64,000 nt of DNA from positions 1 through 64,000 of IMG/VR virus record IMGVR_UViG_3300032312_002284. One strand, 5' to 3'. The first letter of the stretch is position 1. The number at the start of each line of letters is the position of its first letter. Positions 22,001 through 31,086 of this stretch are shown in pieces. The notes below the pieces were generated by a model. It was not told where the DNA came from. It did not search any database and worked only from the letters and a program-made list of their open reading frames with translations. Position numbers and translations under genes: made by a program. Source of the stretch: a virus. Taxonomy: Duplodnaviria; Caudoviricetes.

Positions 22001-23790
22001 ACATCTCAAGTTGTGTTGATTCAACCGTGAGTGGAGGACGTAATAACACCGCAAATGGTCCTAGGTCAACTGTAGGTGGAGGTCAATGTAACACCTCAAG
22101 TAGTAATTATTCAACTGTTAGCGGAGGAGCGAATAACACATCAGGCGGTATTGGTTCATTTGTCGGTGGTGGACTATATAATATTGCTAATTGTAACCAA
22201 TCAACCGTGAGTGGTGGTGCTTGTAATGTCTCAAATGGTAGTAGGTCAACCATAAGTGGAGGTTATAAAAATAATGCCTCAGGCAATTGTTCGTTTGTTG
22301 GTGGAGGATTTTTTAACACTGCAAGTAATACTTATTCAACCGTAAGTGGTGGACGTGGTAACACCGCAAGTGGTAATACATCAACAATTGCCGGTGGTTG
22401 TAATAATATCGCTGGTGGTAAGTTATCATTCATTGGGGGAGGTAGTGGAAACACCTCAAGTAATTGTTACTCAACCGTAAGTGGTGGTAGACAAAACACC
22501 TCAAGTGGCCAATATTCATTCATAGGTGGTGGATGTAGTAACACCGCAAGTGGAATTAGGTCATTCGTAGGTGGGGGTAGTCTTAATATTGCTTCAGGTG
22601 ATACATCATCAGTTTTAAACGGAAATACTAACATTGCTGGTGGCGGATGTTCAACAGTTTTAAATGGGTTAAGTAATAACACTGTTGGTTGTTCCTCATT
22701 TATAGGTGGAGGTTTACTAAATAGGACAACAACTAACGCATCATTCTCATCGGTTGTTAACGGACAATCAAATTGTAGTGACGCTTGTTTTACGTCAATT
22801 GTAGGGGGTGTTAGTAACTGTATAACTGCGTCAAACTGTTACTCTTCAATTGTTGGTGGTAAATCTAACGTAATATGTAGTACCTCAAACTGTTCATTTA
22901 TAGGTGGTGGAACATTAAATATTGCTGCGGGACAATCATCATCTGTTGTTGGGGGTAGTTCAAATACTGCACTTTGTTCTTGTTCTTTTGTCGGAGCAGG
23001 ACAGTTTAACTCATCTTGTTCTGTATTTTCATTCATAGGTGGTGGACAATGTAACATAGTAACAGGTACAACTTCAGCAATTGTGGGAGGTTTTTGTAAC
23101 AGAGCTCAAGGTATATATTCTTTTGTCGGAGCGGGAACAGGTAATACTGTTACAGGAGCTTACTCATCGGCAATTGGTTGTGGATTAAATGCTACCGCTA
23201 GTTGTACGTTATATGCTAATAATATTTTTGCTTGTGGTTCATTAAATGTTAGAGGGTTAAGTGTGTTATCTGCAACAACAGGAACAAGCTTAACTGTTAT
23301 TAGTTCGGGTAATAGCACATCGGTACCTGTATTCTCAGTCCAAGGTTCACAAGGTGAATTGTTTAGTGTTACAGATAGTTTAACAGGTTCGTTATTCTCA
23401 GTAAGTGACATATCAGGTTTACCAATATTGGAAGTATTCTCAGATAGTACAATAATACTTGGTGATTACCAAGCTCCGTCACTTTATACAACAAAACGTG
23501 TTTCATCAATTACTGCGACAACAGGTACCACAATTTATTCATTTCCAACAAGTGCTTACACTTCGTCATTTGTTGATTATTTTGTTAGTGGTTCAACAGG
23601 ATTAAGAGCTGGAAATATGATGGTAATATGGAGTGGTAGTACAGTTAACTTTACTGAAACTTCAACTAATGATATTGGAGTTACAACTCCATTGACGTTT
23701 GGTTATACAATATCAGGGTCAAGTGCCGTTTTACGAGCGTCAGCATCAACAGGTACTTGGATTGTGGAATCAATATTAAGAGGATTATAA
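19084..23790 (+). CDS. Long tail-fibre/adhesin-like protein 1 with 15-aa Gly/Ser repeats
   Basis: Dozens of NTASGxxSTVGGGxx repeats (beta-solenoid, similar to trimeric adhesin heads); distinct non-repetitive N- and C-terminal domains. Confidence 0.75.
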   Translation: MSTFPYKNPISSEQLNGVQSVERSETFGTNFSVLGVGGYMEVFNRTDLIYTIPPSTFGPIEYSGNTIPIQFTKGTGTVFSPDVLTLNSDNISSGRRRLGMLAYVYEDDQVYQFRIDNYESLWSAVTATTAITFYDFGTTINSTTVAGRNFINAWTASTIEDVNGATHSSAVWKKYSTGSGSGSTSANTLYITGTGINSTVRCGVNNTAAGDFGGALAGSGNTASGKYSFAGGGKNNTASNCYSTVGGGYLNTASGDTSTIAGGCNNIAGGAISFIGGGRLNIASNNYSTIGGGTENTASGSYSTISGGYVNTASSEYSTVGGGCRNTASGSWSTIGGGRRNTASNTYSTVSGGYYNTASGNTSTISGGYCNINGGDFSFIGGGRCNTMLGLTGGIIGGGYNNTVSNNYSVIGGGCGNTVSGYISFVGGGSSNTASGGYSTVGGGRFNTASSNYSTVSGGYSNTASGDRSTVSGGQSNTASGSRSTVSGGDNNTASNYYSTVSGGYSNTASGDRSTVSGGQSNTASGCTSTISGGYFNNALSNNSHVLAGQGNVVYSQGATILGGNLNSIANTNNSSTYSIYCTDSGTGIIYINGGDLTPELVNGNTFYYYHNIDNRVYKGYITSSTYSGNYTELQGIYAGTASSYGSFGRNYSDIVTNNSCNSVIAGGNSNTICGNSPYSFIGGGQSNTASSYYSTVGGGKGNTASSGGSTVGGGQGNTASTSQSTVGGGQNNTTSGDRSTIGGGFLNTASGSFSFVGGGQRNTSSGGTSTIAGGCKNIAGGNLSFIGGGSGNTANGIYSTVGGGLNNTSSGNFSFVGGGGNNTSGGIGSFVGGGQFNTSSNCYSTVGGGQNNTASGNTSTIAGGCGNITGGACSFVGGGQLNTASGDRSTIGGGLLNTAIGDRSTIGGGFLNATTGDRSTVSGGYKNSASSTGSTVGGGQFNSASGDRSTIGGGFLNTASNFYTTVGGGQCNISSCVDSTVSGGRNNTANGPRSTVGGGQCNTSSSNYSTVSGGANNTSGGIGSFVGGGLYNIANCNQSTVSGGACNVSNGSRSTISGGYKNNASGNCSFVGGGFFNTASNTYSTVSGGRGNTASGNTSTIAGGCNNIAGGKLSFIGGGSGNTSSNCYSTVSGGRQNTSSGQYSFIGGGCSNTASGIRSFVGGGSLNIASGDTSSVLNGNTNIAGGGCSTVLNGLSNNTVGCSSFIGGGLLNRTTTNASFSSVVNGQSNCSDACFTSIVGGVSNCITASNCYSSIVGGKSNVICSTSNCSFIGGGTLNIAAGQSSSVVGGSSNTALCSCSFVGAGQFNSSCSVFSFIGGGQCNIVTGTTSAIVGGFCNRAQGIYSFVGAGTGNTVTGAYSSAIGCGLNATASCTLYANNIFACGSLNVRGLSVLSATTGTSLTVISSGNSTSVPVFSVQGSQGELFSVTDSLTGSLFSVSDISGLPILEVFSDSTIILGDYQAPSLYTTKRVSSITATTGTTIYSFPTSAYTSSFVDYFVSGSTGLRAGNMMVIWSGSTVNFTETSTNDIGVTTPLTFGYTISGSSAVLRASASTGTWIVESILRGL
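19699..23190 (+). repeat. Coding tandem 45-bp (15-aa) repeat array, in two blocks
   Basis: Recurring aacaccgcaagt...tcaaccgtaggtggtgga units; near-exact 88-bp duplication at about 20439-20526 and 20574-20661 (offset 135 = 3 units); interrupted at about 20797-21057. Confidence 0.9.
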
Positions 23791-23791
23791 T

Positions 23792-24472
23792 ATGGCGTTT
23801 CAATATTCACCAAAAATAGTTACGGACGGATTAGTGTTTTATTTAGACGCAGCTAACCCTAAATCATATGTTTCAGGGTCTACTGTTTGGAATGATATCT
23901 CACGTGGTGGGAATACAGGAACATTAGTTAATGGGCCAACTTTTAATAGTGGAAATGGAGGAAGTATAGTATTTGATGGAATAGATGACTATGTAGATTA
24001 CGGAAATAATACAGTGTTAAATGTTGGAAATAATATATCGGTATTTTCTTGGTTTTATGTTAATTCAACAAGTTCATTCCAACCAATTATATCTAAAAAA
24101 ACAATTGATACCGGTTGGGAATTAGATAATAGTAGTGGCACACTTAGATGTACATTAAGACCATCTATTGCCAATAATAATAATATCTTTGCTGGTACAT
24201 TAATATTAAATAATTGGTACTATGGAGGATTTACCTGTGATAATACAACAATTAGATTATATTTAAATAATACACAACAAGGTACATCAGATGTTAGCTC
24301 AATAACTCTAAATACTACAGGCTCTCTTTTTATAGGACGAAGAGCGGATGGTGTTAATCTTAATTATTTTAATGGTAAAATATCAATAGCACAAATATAT
24401 AATAGAGCCCTTACAGCACAAGAAGTACTCCAAAATTACAATGCCACTAAATCGAGATTTGGATTAACATAA
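23792..24472 (+). CDS. LamG / concanavalin A-like lectin domain protein 1
   Basis: DGLVFYLDAAN...GSIVFDGIDDY...WYYGGFT...FNGKISIAQIYNRALT. Confidence 0.85.
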   Translation: MAFQYSPKIVTDGLVFYLDAANPKSYVSGSTVWNDISRGGNTGTLVNGPTFNSGNGGSIVFDGIDDYVDYGNNTVLNVGNNISVFSWFYVNSTSSFQPIISKKTIDTGWELDNSSGTLRCTLRPSIANNNNIFAGTLILNNWYYGGFTCDNTTIRLYLNNTQQGTSDVSSITLNTTGSLFIGRRADGVNLNYFNGKISIAQIYNRALTAQEVLQNYNATKSRFGLT

Positions 24473-24473
24473 T

Positions 24474-25157
24474 ATGGCAGGAAGAATATCATATTACGGA
24501 GGGATAGTTAGAGATGGTTTAATCTTTGATTTAGATGCTGCTAAACGAGATTGTTACCCTGGAAGTGGTACAGTTATTAGAGAGATAACAGGTACTAATG
24601 TTATCGGTACTTTAATAAATGGACCAACCTTTAGTCTAAATAATGGAGGTTCAATTACATTTGATGGCACGGATGATTATGTAAGAATAAATCCGAATAA
24701 TATACAACCTTCAGCAGAGCTCTCAATAGAGTCGTGGTTTAATTCTTTTGGAAGTAATGGTAGAGGGCAAGGTATTTTTTACGCCAATTATGGTCTTGGT
24801 TTACGATTATCAACAACTGGCCAAATGCATTCAAGAGTTAATAGTGGTGCTGTATCATATCAAAACACAACTACCACAACATATTTTAACAATAGATGGA
24901 ATCACGTTGTTTTAACAATCAACTCAACGCAAGCAAAATTATATATTAATTCATCATTTTTAGAACAATATTCAATTTCATATAGTGGGAGTAACATTAA
25001 TTCCGCAAGTATTGGAGGTTTTGGAACTGACGTTAATGACTCAGCTAATAGAGGGCTTTATGGTAATGTGAGTGTATGTAGGGCGTATAATAAAGTATTA
25101 ACTGACCAAGAAGTTCTACAAAACTACAATGCGTTAAAAGGTAGATACGGTTTATAA
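24474..25157 (+). CDS. LamG / concanavalin A-like lectin domain protein 2
   Basis: DGLIFDLDAA...FDGTDDY...WNHVVLT...KLYIN...YNKVLT. Confidence 0.85.
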   Translation: MAGRISYYGGIVRDGLIFDLDAAKRDCYPGSGTVIREITGTNVIGTLINGPTFSLNNGGSITFDGTDDYVRINPNNIQPSAELSIESWFNSFGSNGRGQGIFYANYGLGLRLSTTGQMHSRVNSGAVSYQNTTTTTYFNNRWNHVVLTINSTQAKLYINSSFLEQYSISYSGSNINSASIGGFGTDVNDSANRGLYGNVSVCRAYNKVLTDQEVLQNYNALKGRYGL

Positions 25158-25169
25158 TATTTATAACAT

Positions 25170-25442
25170 ATGGAAACACAATTACAAGATTACGAACAAA
25201 GAGAATTTATGATATTTGGTACAAGTGAATTACCACTTATTGATTTTACACAAGTTTTAGAAACATCAATAGATACCGTTAGAAAGTCGGTTGATGAAAC
25301 AAAGACATTTGTTAAATGGGATGGTGACATCATTCCATCAAGTGTGGGTTCTTTAACAACAAAGGAAGGCCCATACTCTTATGAAGAAATATTAAACATT
25401 TTATCAACTCCTGAATGGACATCTCCTGAACCAATTATATGA
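25170..25442 (+). CDS. Small fibre-associated hypothetical protein
   Basis: 90 aa between LamG genes; TATTTAT at 25158-25164. Confidence 0.65.
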   Translation: METQLQDYEQREFMIFGTSELPLIDFTQVLETSIDTVRKSVDETKTFVKWDGDIIPSSVGSLTTKEGPYSYEEILNILSTPEWTSPEPII

Positions 25443-26149
25443 GTACAGTACAAAATAATGGTGTAGTTACTGATGGATTAGTTTTATACTTGGATGCTGC
25501 AAATACTAAATCATATGTTAGTGGGAGTACCACTTGGAATGATATTTCAAGAAGTAATGTTAGTGGTACGTTAGTTAATGGACCTACTTTTAATACTGGG
25601 AATGGAGGAAGTATTGTGTTTGATGGGGTAGATGATTATTTTATTACACCATCATTTGCATTAAATTCACCAACAGATTGTTTAAGTTTTAATTTTTGGG
25701 TAAAATCCATTTCACAGACACCTAGCGCACAATCTATTTTAGGTAAAGATACAAATACTGGAGGAGTACCACACCTTTTAATAAGAAGAAATGCGAATAG
25801 TGATTCTTTGGTTTGGAATTTTTTTAATGGGTCAACATCAAATACACTAGGGTTTAGTAATTTTTTTACAAATTATGATAATACTTGGATTAATATCCAA
25901 GTAGTTGCTGATTACACCAGTGATACTGTTACAGTTTATAGGAACGGAATATTCTTTAATAAACTATCTCAACCATCTGCGATTTTTCCTAATACTAATA
26001 CTGTTATGTATTTAAGTAGTTTCGCAATAAATGCTTTTTTAGTTTTTTATGGTAATATAACATCATCACAAATTTACAACCGAGCTCTATCATCTTCAGA
26101 GGTCCTCCAAAACTACAACGCCCAAAAATCAAGATTTGGATTGAGTTAA
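25439..26149 (+). CDS. LamG / concanavalin A-like lectin domain protein 3
   Basis: N- and C-termini nearly identical to LamG protein 1; variable core. Confidence 0.85.
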   Translation: MSTVQNNGVVTDGLVLYLDAANTKSYVSGSTTWNDISRSNVSGTLVNGPTFNTGNGGSIVFDGVDDYFITPSFALNSPTDCLSFNFWVKSISQTPSAQSILGKDTNTGGVPHLLIRRNANSDSLVWNFFNGSTSNTLGFSNFFTNYDNTWINIQVVADYTSDTVTVYRNGIFFNKLSQPSAIFPNTNTVMYLSSFAINAFLVFYGNITSSQIYNRALSSSEVLQNYNAQKSRFGLS

Positions 26150-26165
26150 AATAAATTTTCCTTAG

Positions 26166-26199
26166 TATTTATATAATAATCTTGGATAGGGAAAAGATT
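26166..26199 (+). promoter_or_regulatory. TATTTAT motif followed by a leader hairpin with a purine-rich loop
   Basis: TATTTAT at 26166-26172; AATCTT-ggatagggaa-AAGATT at 26178-26199; ATG at 26205. Confidence 0.45.
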
Positions 26200-26204
26200 T
26201 AATT

Positions 26205-29200
26205 ATGGCAAACGAATTTAATATAAAAAATGGTTTTATAACCAGCGGAAACTCTGTTGTTTATGCGGGGTTAAATGTAACGAGTGGATTAACCGCAACA
26301 ACAATATCTGCAACAACTTATTTTAACTTACCATCTTCAAGTGGTGGAACATTTACAGGAGGAACTGTATCAGGGGGAACTAACTTCACAGGTGGGGTTA
26401 CTGCAAATACAGTATCACAGGTTAATTATATTGACTTTACAACAGGGTCAACAAATCCATCTCAAACAGGGGGAAGAATGTTCTTTGATAATGTATCAAA
26501 TGCTCTTTCTTATTATGATGTGGACAATAGTTTAGTACCAATTGCGATGGGACAACAACTCTACACAAGAGTTTATAATGGTACAGGAGTTCAGATTGAT
26601 AAGGGTAAAGTAATTACAATTACTGGAACAACTATTGGTTTACCGAGTATAAGATTGGCGACCAATAATCACACATTACAAAGTCCAAGACCTGTTGGAC
26701 TTGCGGCTGAGAACATACCGAATGGAGGTACAGGGTTAGTTTTAAATAATGGCATTTTAAGTGGAATAACACTTAACACATTTGCAAATGGTGATACGTT
26801 ATACCTTTCTGATACAATTCCTGGTGAGTATGTTAATTCAACATCGTCATTATCTTTTACGGCAAGAACAAATGAAATTGGATATGTTCTTCAAACAGGT
26901 ACAACGACAGGTAAGATTTATGTTAATATCAATAATGAAGATAGTAATCTAACTCTAACGGATATTGAAAGAAATATCTTGGAGGGTAATGTCATTTCAG
27001 GTGGTGTTTATGAATACACTGGAATGACTCAGGGTACGGGTCAAACAATTAACGTTGCATATGCTAGAGGATGGATTGTTAAAAATACATATTCATTTGC
27101 AACATTACCTGATGTAACCAATGTTTATTATTCAGGTGGAACAAACATACCTTTAACATATTTGAATAGTGCAGATGCAACATATATTTTAATTAATAGT
27201 GCATCAACACTCTATCAACAAACGTCATTTCCAACACCACAACAAAGAAGGGAAAATATATTTCTTGGTAAGGTAGTTCATCCAAATAGAAGTACGATTA
27301 CATCAATTAACCAAACGGTTGACTTTGATGTATCTCCTATGGCAGCACTTCGTGACTTGTGGACACCATTAAAATTAATTAATCAGGGTGTTATTGTTTC
27401 ATATTATAGTGCGGGTACGATGAGCATTCAGACATCTGCCGGAACATTATGGGGTAATGGTATTGGGTGGACGACGAATCAATTAAATCCTGATAGTATT
27501 TCCATTTCAGGAACATCACCAACCACATTTCAATATCGTTCAAGATTAGGTCCTATTACAGGTTCAACATCAAACCCTGGTGACCCAGCGGCACCAACTG
27601 GAAATACAACAACAATTGATTCTCACCATTATGACTTAAATGGTAGTATTGTTCCTGTAGGTGGTAATAACAGGGCAACAAATCAAAGGATTTATTTGTT
27701 TCCAACTGGGTTAATTAGAATACAGTATGGTCAGTTTTCATATTCAAGTATGGCAAATGCTATTGCTGGTATAGATACTGAAATATTCGTTGAATACGGG
27801 AATAATAGAGATAACGGTATATTAATAGGTATATTAACGGTTCGTGAAGATGCCTCTGACTTATCGTTAACCACCGATGCTCAATTTAGGTTTGTATCAA
27901 AATTTGGTGAGTTATTAGCCGGCGCTGGAGGTATATCAACAACAACTTTACAACAAGCATATGAAAATTCAGCAACACCTGAAATAGTAACAAATTCAGC
28001 AGAAGGAGCATTATCAATCCAAAATGGAACGGGAGCTGCGGATAATGTAACAAATTTATTTGAGGGTAGAAATACCGCAACATCACTCACATCATTCATT
28101 AGAGCTGATGGAGCGTTTTCAGGAACTTCAATATTTGGAACAGGATTAACTGCGACTACAATATCTGCAACAACTGCAACGATAAGAAAAATTACAGGTG
28201 GTTCAGGTAATACCAATTCAGGAACATATTCATTTATAGGTGGGGGTCAATCAAATTCGGCAACAGGTAATTGTAGTGTAGTTGGTGGAGGACGACAAAA
28301 CACCTTGAGTGGGTCATATTCATTTATTGGTGGTGGACTTTGTAACACAGCAAGTAATAATTGCTCAACCGTAAGTGGAGGATATAAGAACACTGTACTA
28401 AGTACGTCATCATTTATTGGTGGTGGAAGATGTAATATCTCCAACATTGCTGGAGGAGGTAACACTAATAGTGATGTTATTGTTGGAGGTATCTCTAACT
28501 CAACATCATCGGGATATTATGGAGTTGGTCAAAATTTTATCGGAGGTGGAGTTACAAATTCCATATGTGGTGATTATAATGTTGTTGTGGGTGGGGGTGG
28601 AAATTCTGTAAATGATATATCGGAATATTCGGCGATAGTCGGAGGATATAACAATAAGATTTGTTTTGCACCTTCTTACTCACAATATTCTGTGATTGGT
28701 GGTGGAGAGTCAAATGTATTATCCGCAACTCATAGTTTTATTGGTGGAGGAGAATTGAATACTATTTCAGGATTTACTTGTTATTCTGTAATTGGTGGTG
28801 GTTTTTGTAATAGAGTTACGTGTAATTTATCAAGTGTCGCGGGTGGGGTTTTAAATAGAATATCAGGTCAAAATTCATTTATTGGAGGTGGAAGTGGTAA
28901 TACTGTTTCAGGTCAATATTCATTTATTGGTGGAGGATGTAATAACATTACAAGTGGTAATACATCAACCGTAGGTGGAGGACGATGTAATATTGCAAAT
29001 GGAGCGTGTTCATTTATTGGTGGAGGTCAGTTTAACACCGCAAGTAGTACGGGTTCGACCATAGCTGGAGGACTTTGTAATATTGCCGGTGGAGCGTATT
29101 CATTTGTTGGTGGAGGTACGGGTAATACGATGAGCTCATCTACAACTTGTTTTAGTTCAATAAGTTCAGGTGTTAGAAACAATGTTGCTTGTCGTCATTC

Positions 29201-30803
29201 ATTCATCGGTAGTGGTTCAGGTAATACAATTGGTGGTGATTTTGGAGTTATTGTAGGGGGTTGTGGTAATTGTGTGTCAGTTTTTTGTAATCAATTCATT
29301 GGTGCTGGATTTGCAAATCGTGTAGGAGGAGCATACAACTCAATATTAAATGGAATATGTAACATTAACAATGGAAATACTTCAGTAATTGTCAATGGAA
29401 GTTTTAATTGTGTTGAGTGTGGAAGTAATAATTTTATAGGTAGTGGATATCTTAATAAAACACAAAGTACTTATTCGGTTATTGTAGGAGGTCTCCAAAA
29501 TTGTCATACATCCAGTACATATTATCCAAACGATAAAAGTGTAATTGTTGGAGGGCAATTAAACACAACGGCTTCAGGATATTACGGTGTCGGACATAAC
29601 TTCATAGGTGGTGGTTGTTCAAATAATGCCGGTGGAAATTACAGTTTTTTAGGTGGTGGTGCAAAAAATACGGCATCTGGTTATTATACTGTTGTTGCCG
29701 GTGGGTTTAGCAATGCATCTACCGGAAGTTATACATTTGTTGGAGGTGGAACTAACAATAGTGCAAGTGGTAATTATACATTTGTTGGTGGAGGAGAAAA
29801 AAATATAATTAATGGCGGGTATTATGCGGGAATTATTTCAGGACGGATAAACTGTATAACACCTACAGTTGGAGCATATGTCTATCTAAGTACTATTGTA
29901 GGTGGTGGTTGTAATTTTATGACAGGAAATGGAAGTAGTAATACTATAAGTAACTCAACAATTAGTGGAGGATATTGTAATCGTATATATGATAGTTACT
30001 CATCAATTGTGGGAGGTGAAAGTAATACCATATCTGGAATATCCTCGTCATTGGCATCTTTTTCAACAATAGCTGGAGGTTCTTGTAATAGTGTTAGATG
30101 TTCATATTCATTCATAGGTGGTGGTAGCGGTAACATAGCGAGAGGTCAGTATTCGGGTATATTAGGTGGTAGTGGTAACACTGTTACAGGTAACTATTCA
30201 TTCGCGATTGGTTGTGGATTAAATGCGACATCAGCGTGTACACTTTACACAAACAATATTATAACAGGAACTATATCTGCGACAACAATGTCTGCAACAA
30301 CAATATCCGCAACAACAATATCATCAAGAGGTGGAAATGTAGTTACAAAAATTTCAAATGGAATTGATAGTTCCGGAAATACAATCACAGGTGCTTATCA
30401 ATTAGTTCAATCTGTATTGATTCCTGCAAATACAATTACTGCCGGAGATGTTGTTCTATTTAAAGTCAGGTACCGTAAAATAGGTACAAACGCCGCGGCA
30501 AACTACAGAATAGTTGTTAATACAACTTTAAACTTAACTGGGGCTCAAATAGTTGCTCAATATAATAGTGGGGCAACAATTCTTTATAGTGAATTGTCAA
30601 GAACTGCCGCGGTTAAGGGAGCAGAAACGGAAGTGCTTAGTCCAGCAGTAACCAATACTCCAGATGATGTTAACATAAGTACTATTACAGCTACCAAATT
30701 AACTATTGACTGGACTGTTAATCAATTTATTATGTATAGTATACTTAATTCAAGTGCTTCAGATACAACAGTTGTATCATATTACTCAATAAGTGAAATT
30801 TAA
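26205..30803 (+). CDS. Long tail-fibre/adhesin-like protein 2 with 15-aa repeats
   Basis: Non-repetitive N-terminal ~660 aa, TISAT penta-repeats, then Cys-rich N...SxIGGG repeats ending in the same cap as fibre 1. Confidence 0.75.
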   Translation: MANEFNIKNGFITSGNSVVYAGLNVTSGLTATTISATTYFNLPSSSGGTFTGGTVSGGTNFTGGVTANTVSQVNYIDFTTGSTNPSQTGGRMFFDNVSNALSYYDVDNSLVPIAMGQQLYTRVYNGTGVQIDKGKVITITGTTIGLPSIRLATNNHTLQSPRPVGLAAENIPNGGTGLVLNNGILSGITLNTFANGDTLYLSDTIPGEYVNSTSSLSFTARTNEIGYVLQTGTTTGKIYVNINNEDSNLTLTDIERNILEGNVISGGVYEYTGMTQGTGQTINVAYARGWIVKNTYSFATLPDVTNVYYSGGTNIPLTYLNSADATYILINSASTLYQQTSFPTPQQRRENIFLGKVVHPNRSTITSINQTVDFDVSPMAALRDLWTPLKLINQGVIVSYYSAGTMSIQTSAGTLWGNGIGWTTNQLNPDSISISGTSPTTFQYRSRLGPITGSTSNPGDPAAPTGNTTTIDSHHYDLNGSIVPVGGNNRATNQRIYLFPTGLIRIQYGQFSYSSMANAIAGIDTEIFVEYGNNRDNGILIGILTVREDASDLSLTTDAQFRFVSKFGELLAGAGGISTTTLQQAYENSATPEIVTNSAEGALSIQNGTGAADNVTNLFEGRNTATSLTSFIRADGAFSGTSIFGTGLTATTISATTATIRKITGGSGNTNSGTYSFIGGGQSNSATGNCSVVGGGRQNTLSGSYSFIGGGLCNTASNNCSTVSGGYKNTVLSTSSFIGGGRCNISNIAGGGNTNSDVIVGGISNSTSSGYYGVGQNFIGGGVTNSICGDYNVVVGGGGNSVNDISEYSAIVGGYNNKICFAPSYSQYSVIGGGESNVLSATHSFIGGGELNTISGFTCYSVIGGGFCNRVTCNLSSVAGGVLNRISGQNSFIGGGSGNTVSGQYSFIGGGCNNITSGNTSTVGGGRCNIANGACSFIGGGQFNTASSTGSTIAGGLCNIAGGAYSFVGGGTGNTMSSSTTCFSSISSGVRNNVACRHSFIGSGSGNTIGGDFGVIVGGCGNCVSVFCNQFIGAGFANRVGGAYNSILNGICNINNGNTSVIVNGSFNCVECGSNNFIGSGYLNKTQSTYSVIVGGLQNCHTSSTYYPNDKSVIVGGQLNTTASGYYGVGHNFIGGGCSNNAGGNYSFLGGGAKNTASGYYTVVAGGFSNASTGSYTFVGGGTNNSASGNYTFVGGGEKNIINGGYYAGIISGRINCITPTVGAYVYLSTIVGGGCNFMTGNGSSNTISNSTISGGYCNRIYDSYSSIVGGESNTISGISSSLASFSTIAGGSCNSVRCSYSFIGGGSGNIARGQYSGILGGSGNTVTGNYSFAIGCGLNATSACTLYTNNIITGTISATTMSATTISATTISSRGGNVVTKISNGIDSSGNTITGAYQLVQSVLIPANTITAGDVVLFKVRYRKIGTNAAANYRIVVNTTLNLTGAQIVAQYNSGATILYSELSRTAAVKGAETEVLSPAVTNTPDDVNISTITATKLTIDWTVNQFIMYSILNSSASDTTVVSYYSISEI
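28192..30260 (+). repeat. Coding degenerate 15-aa repeat array
   Basis: Repeated SFIGGG.CN / STVGGG units, more diverged than in fibre 1. Confidence 0.8.
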
Positions 30804-30807
30804 AAAT

Positions 30808-31026
30808 ATGTTAGAAATTAATAAAATACCAAACGGATTAAATTTTAATAATCAAAACCATTATTTTACATTTGATATGTATCAAAATGGATATAATATA
30901 GATAGTGATAATTCTTGTGTGATTGAATTAGGAAATAGTTTATACTTTTTTCAAAATGGTGAATTTACTCTTGATGGACAAGTAACATCGTCGATTCAAG
31001 ATTTTATTAGTCAAATTTATTCTTAA
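30808..31026 (+). CDS. Small hypothetical protein, possibly a fibre partner or chaperone
   Basis: ATG 4 nt after the fibre 2 stop (track start is a GTG at 30793). Confidence 0.55.
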   Translation: MLEINKIPNGLNFNNQNHYFTFDMYQNGYNIDSDNSCVIELGNSLYFFQNGEFTLDGQVTSSIQDFISQIYS

Positions 31027-31086
31027 TTATTGGTTTTCTATTTACCAAAAATATTCTTAAATTATTTTTTTAAAAAAAAATTAATT

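Noticed and set aside
19699-23190. 45-bp periodic repeats resembling a CRISPR array
   Set aside because: Units are in-frame codons of a long ORF, degenerate at third positions, with no unique spacers and no cas genes
19482-23411. Minus-strand poly-Pro ORFs (e.g. 21252..21554, 21612..21959)
   Set aside because: Antisense shadows of GGT/GGA Gly codons in the fibre gene
23792-26149. Diversity-generating retroelement acting on the LamG genes
   Set aside because: Differences between the paralogous 3' ends are not adenine-specific, no non-coding template repeat was seen, and there is no reverse transcriptase in the window
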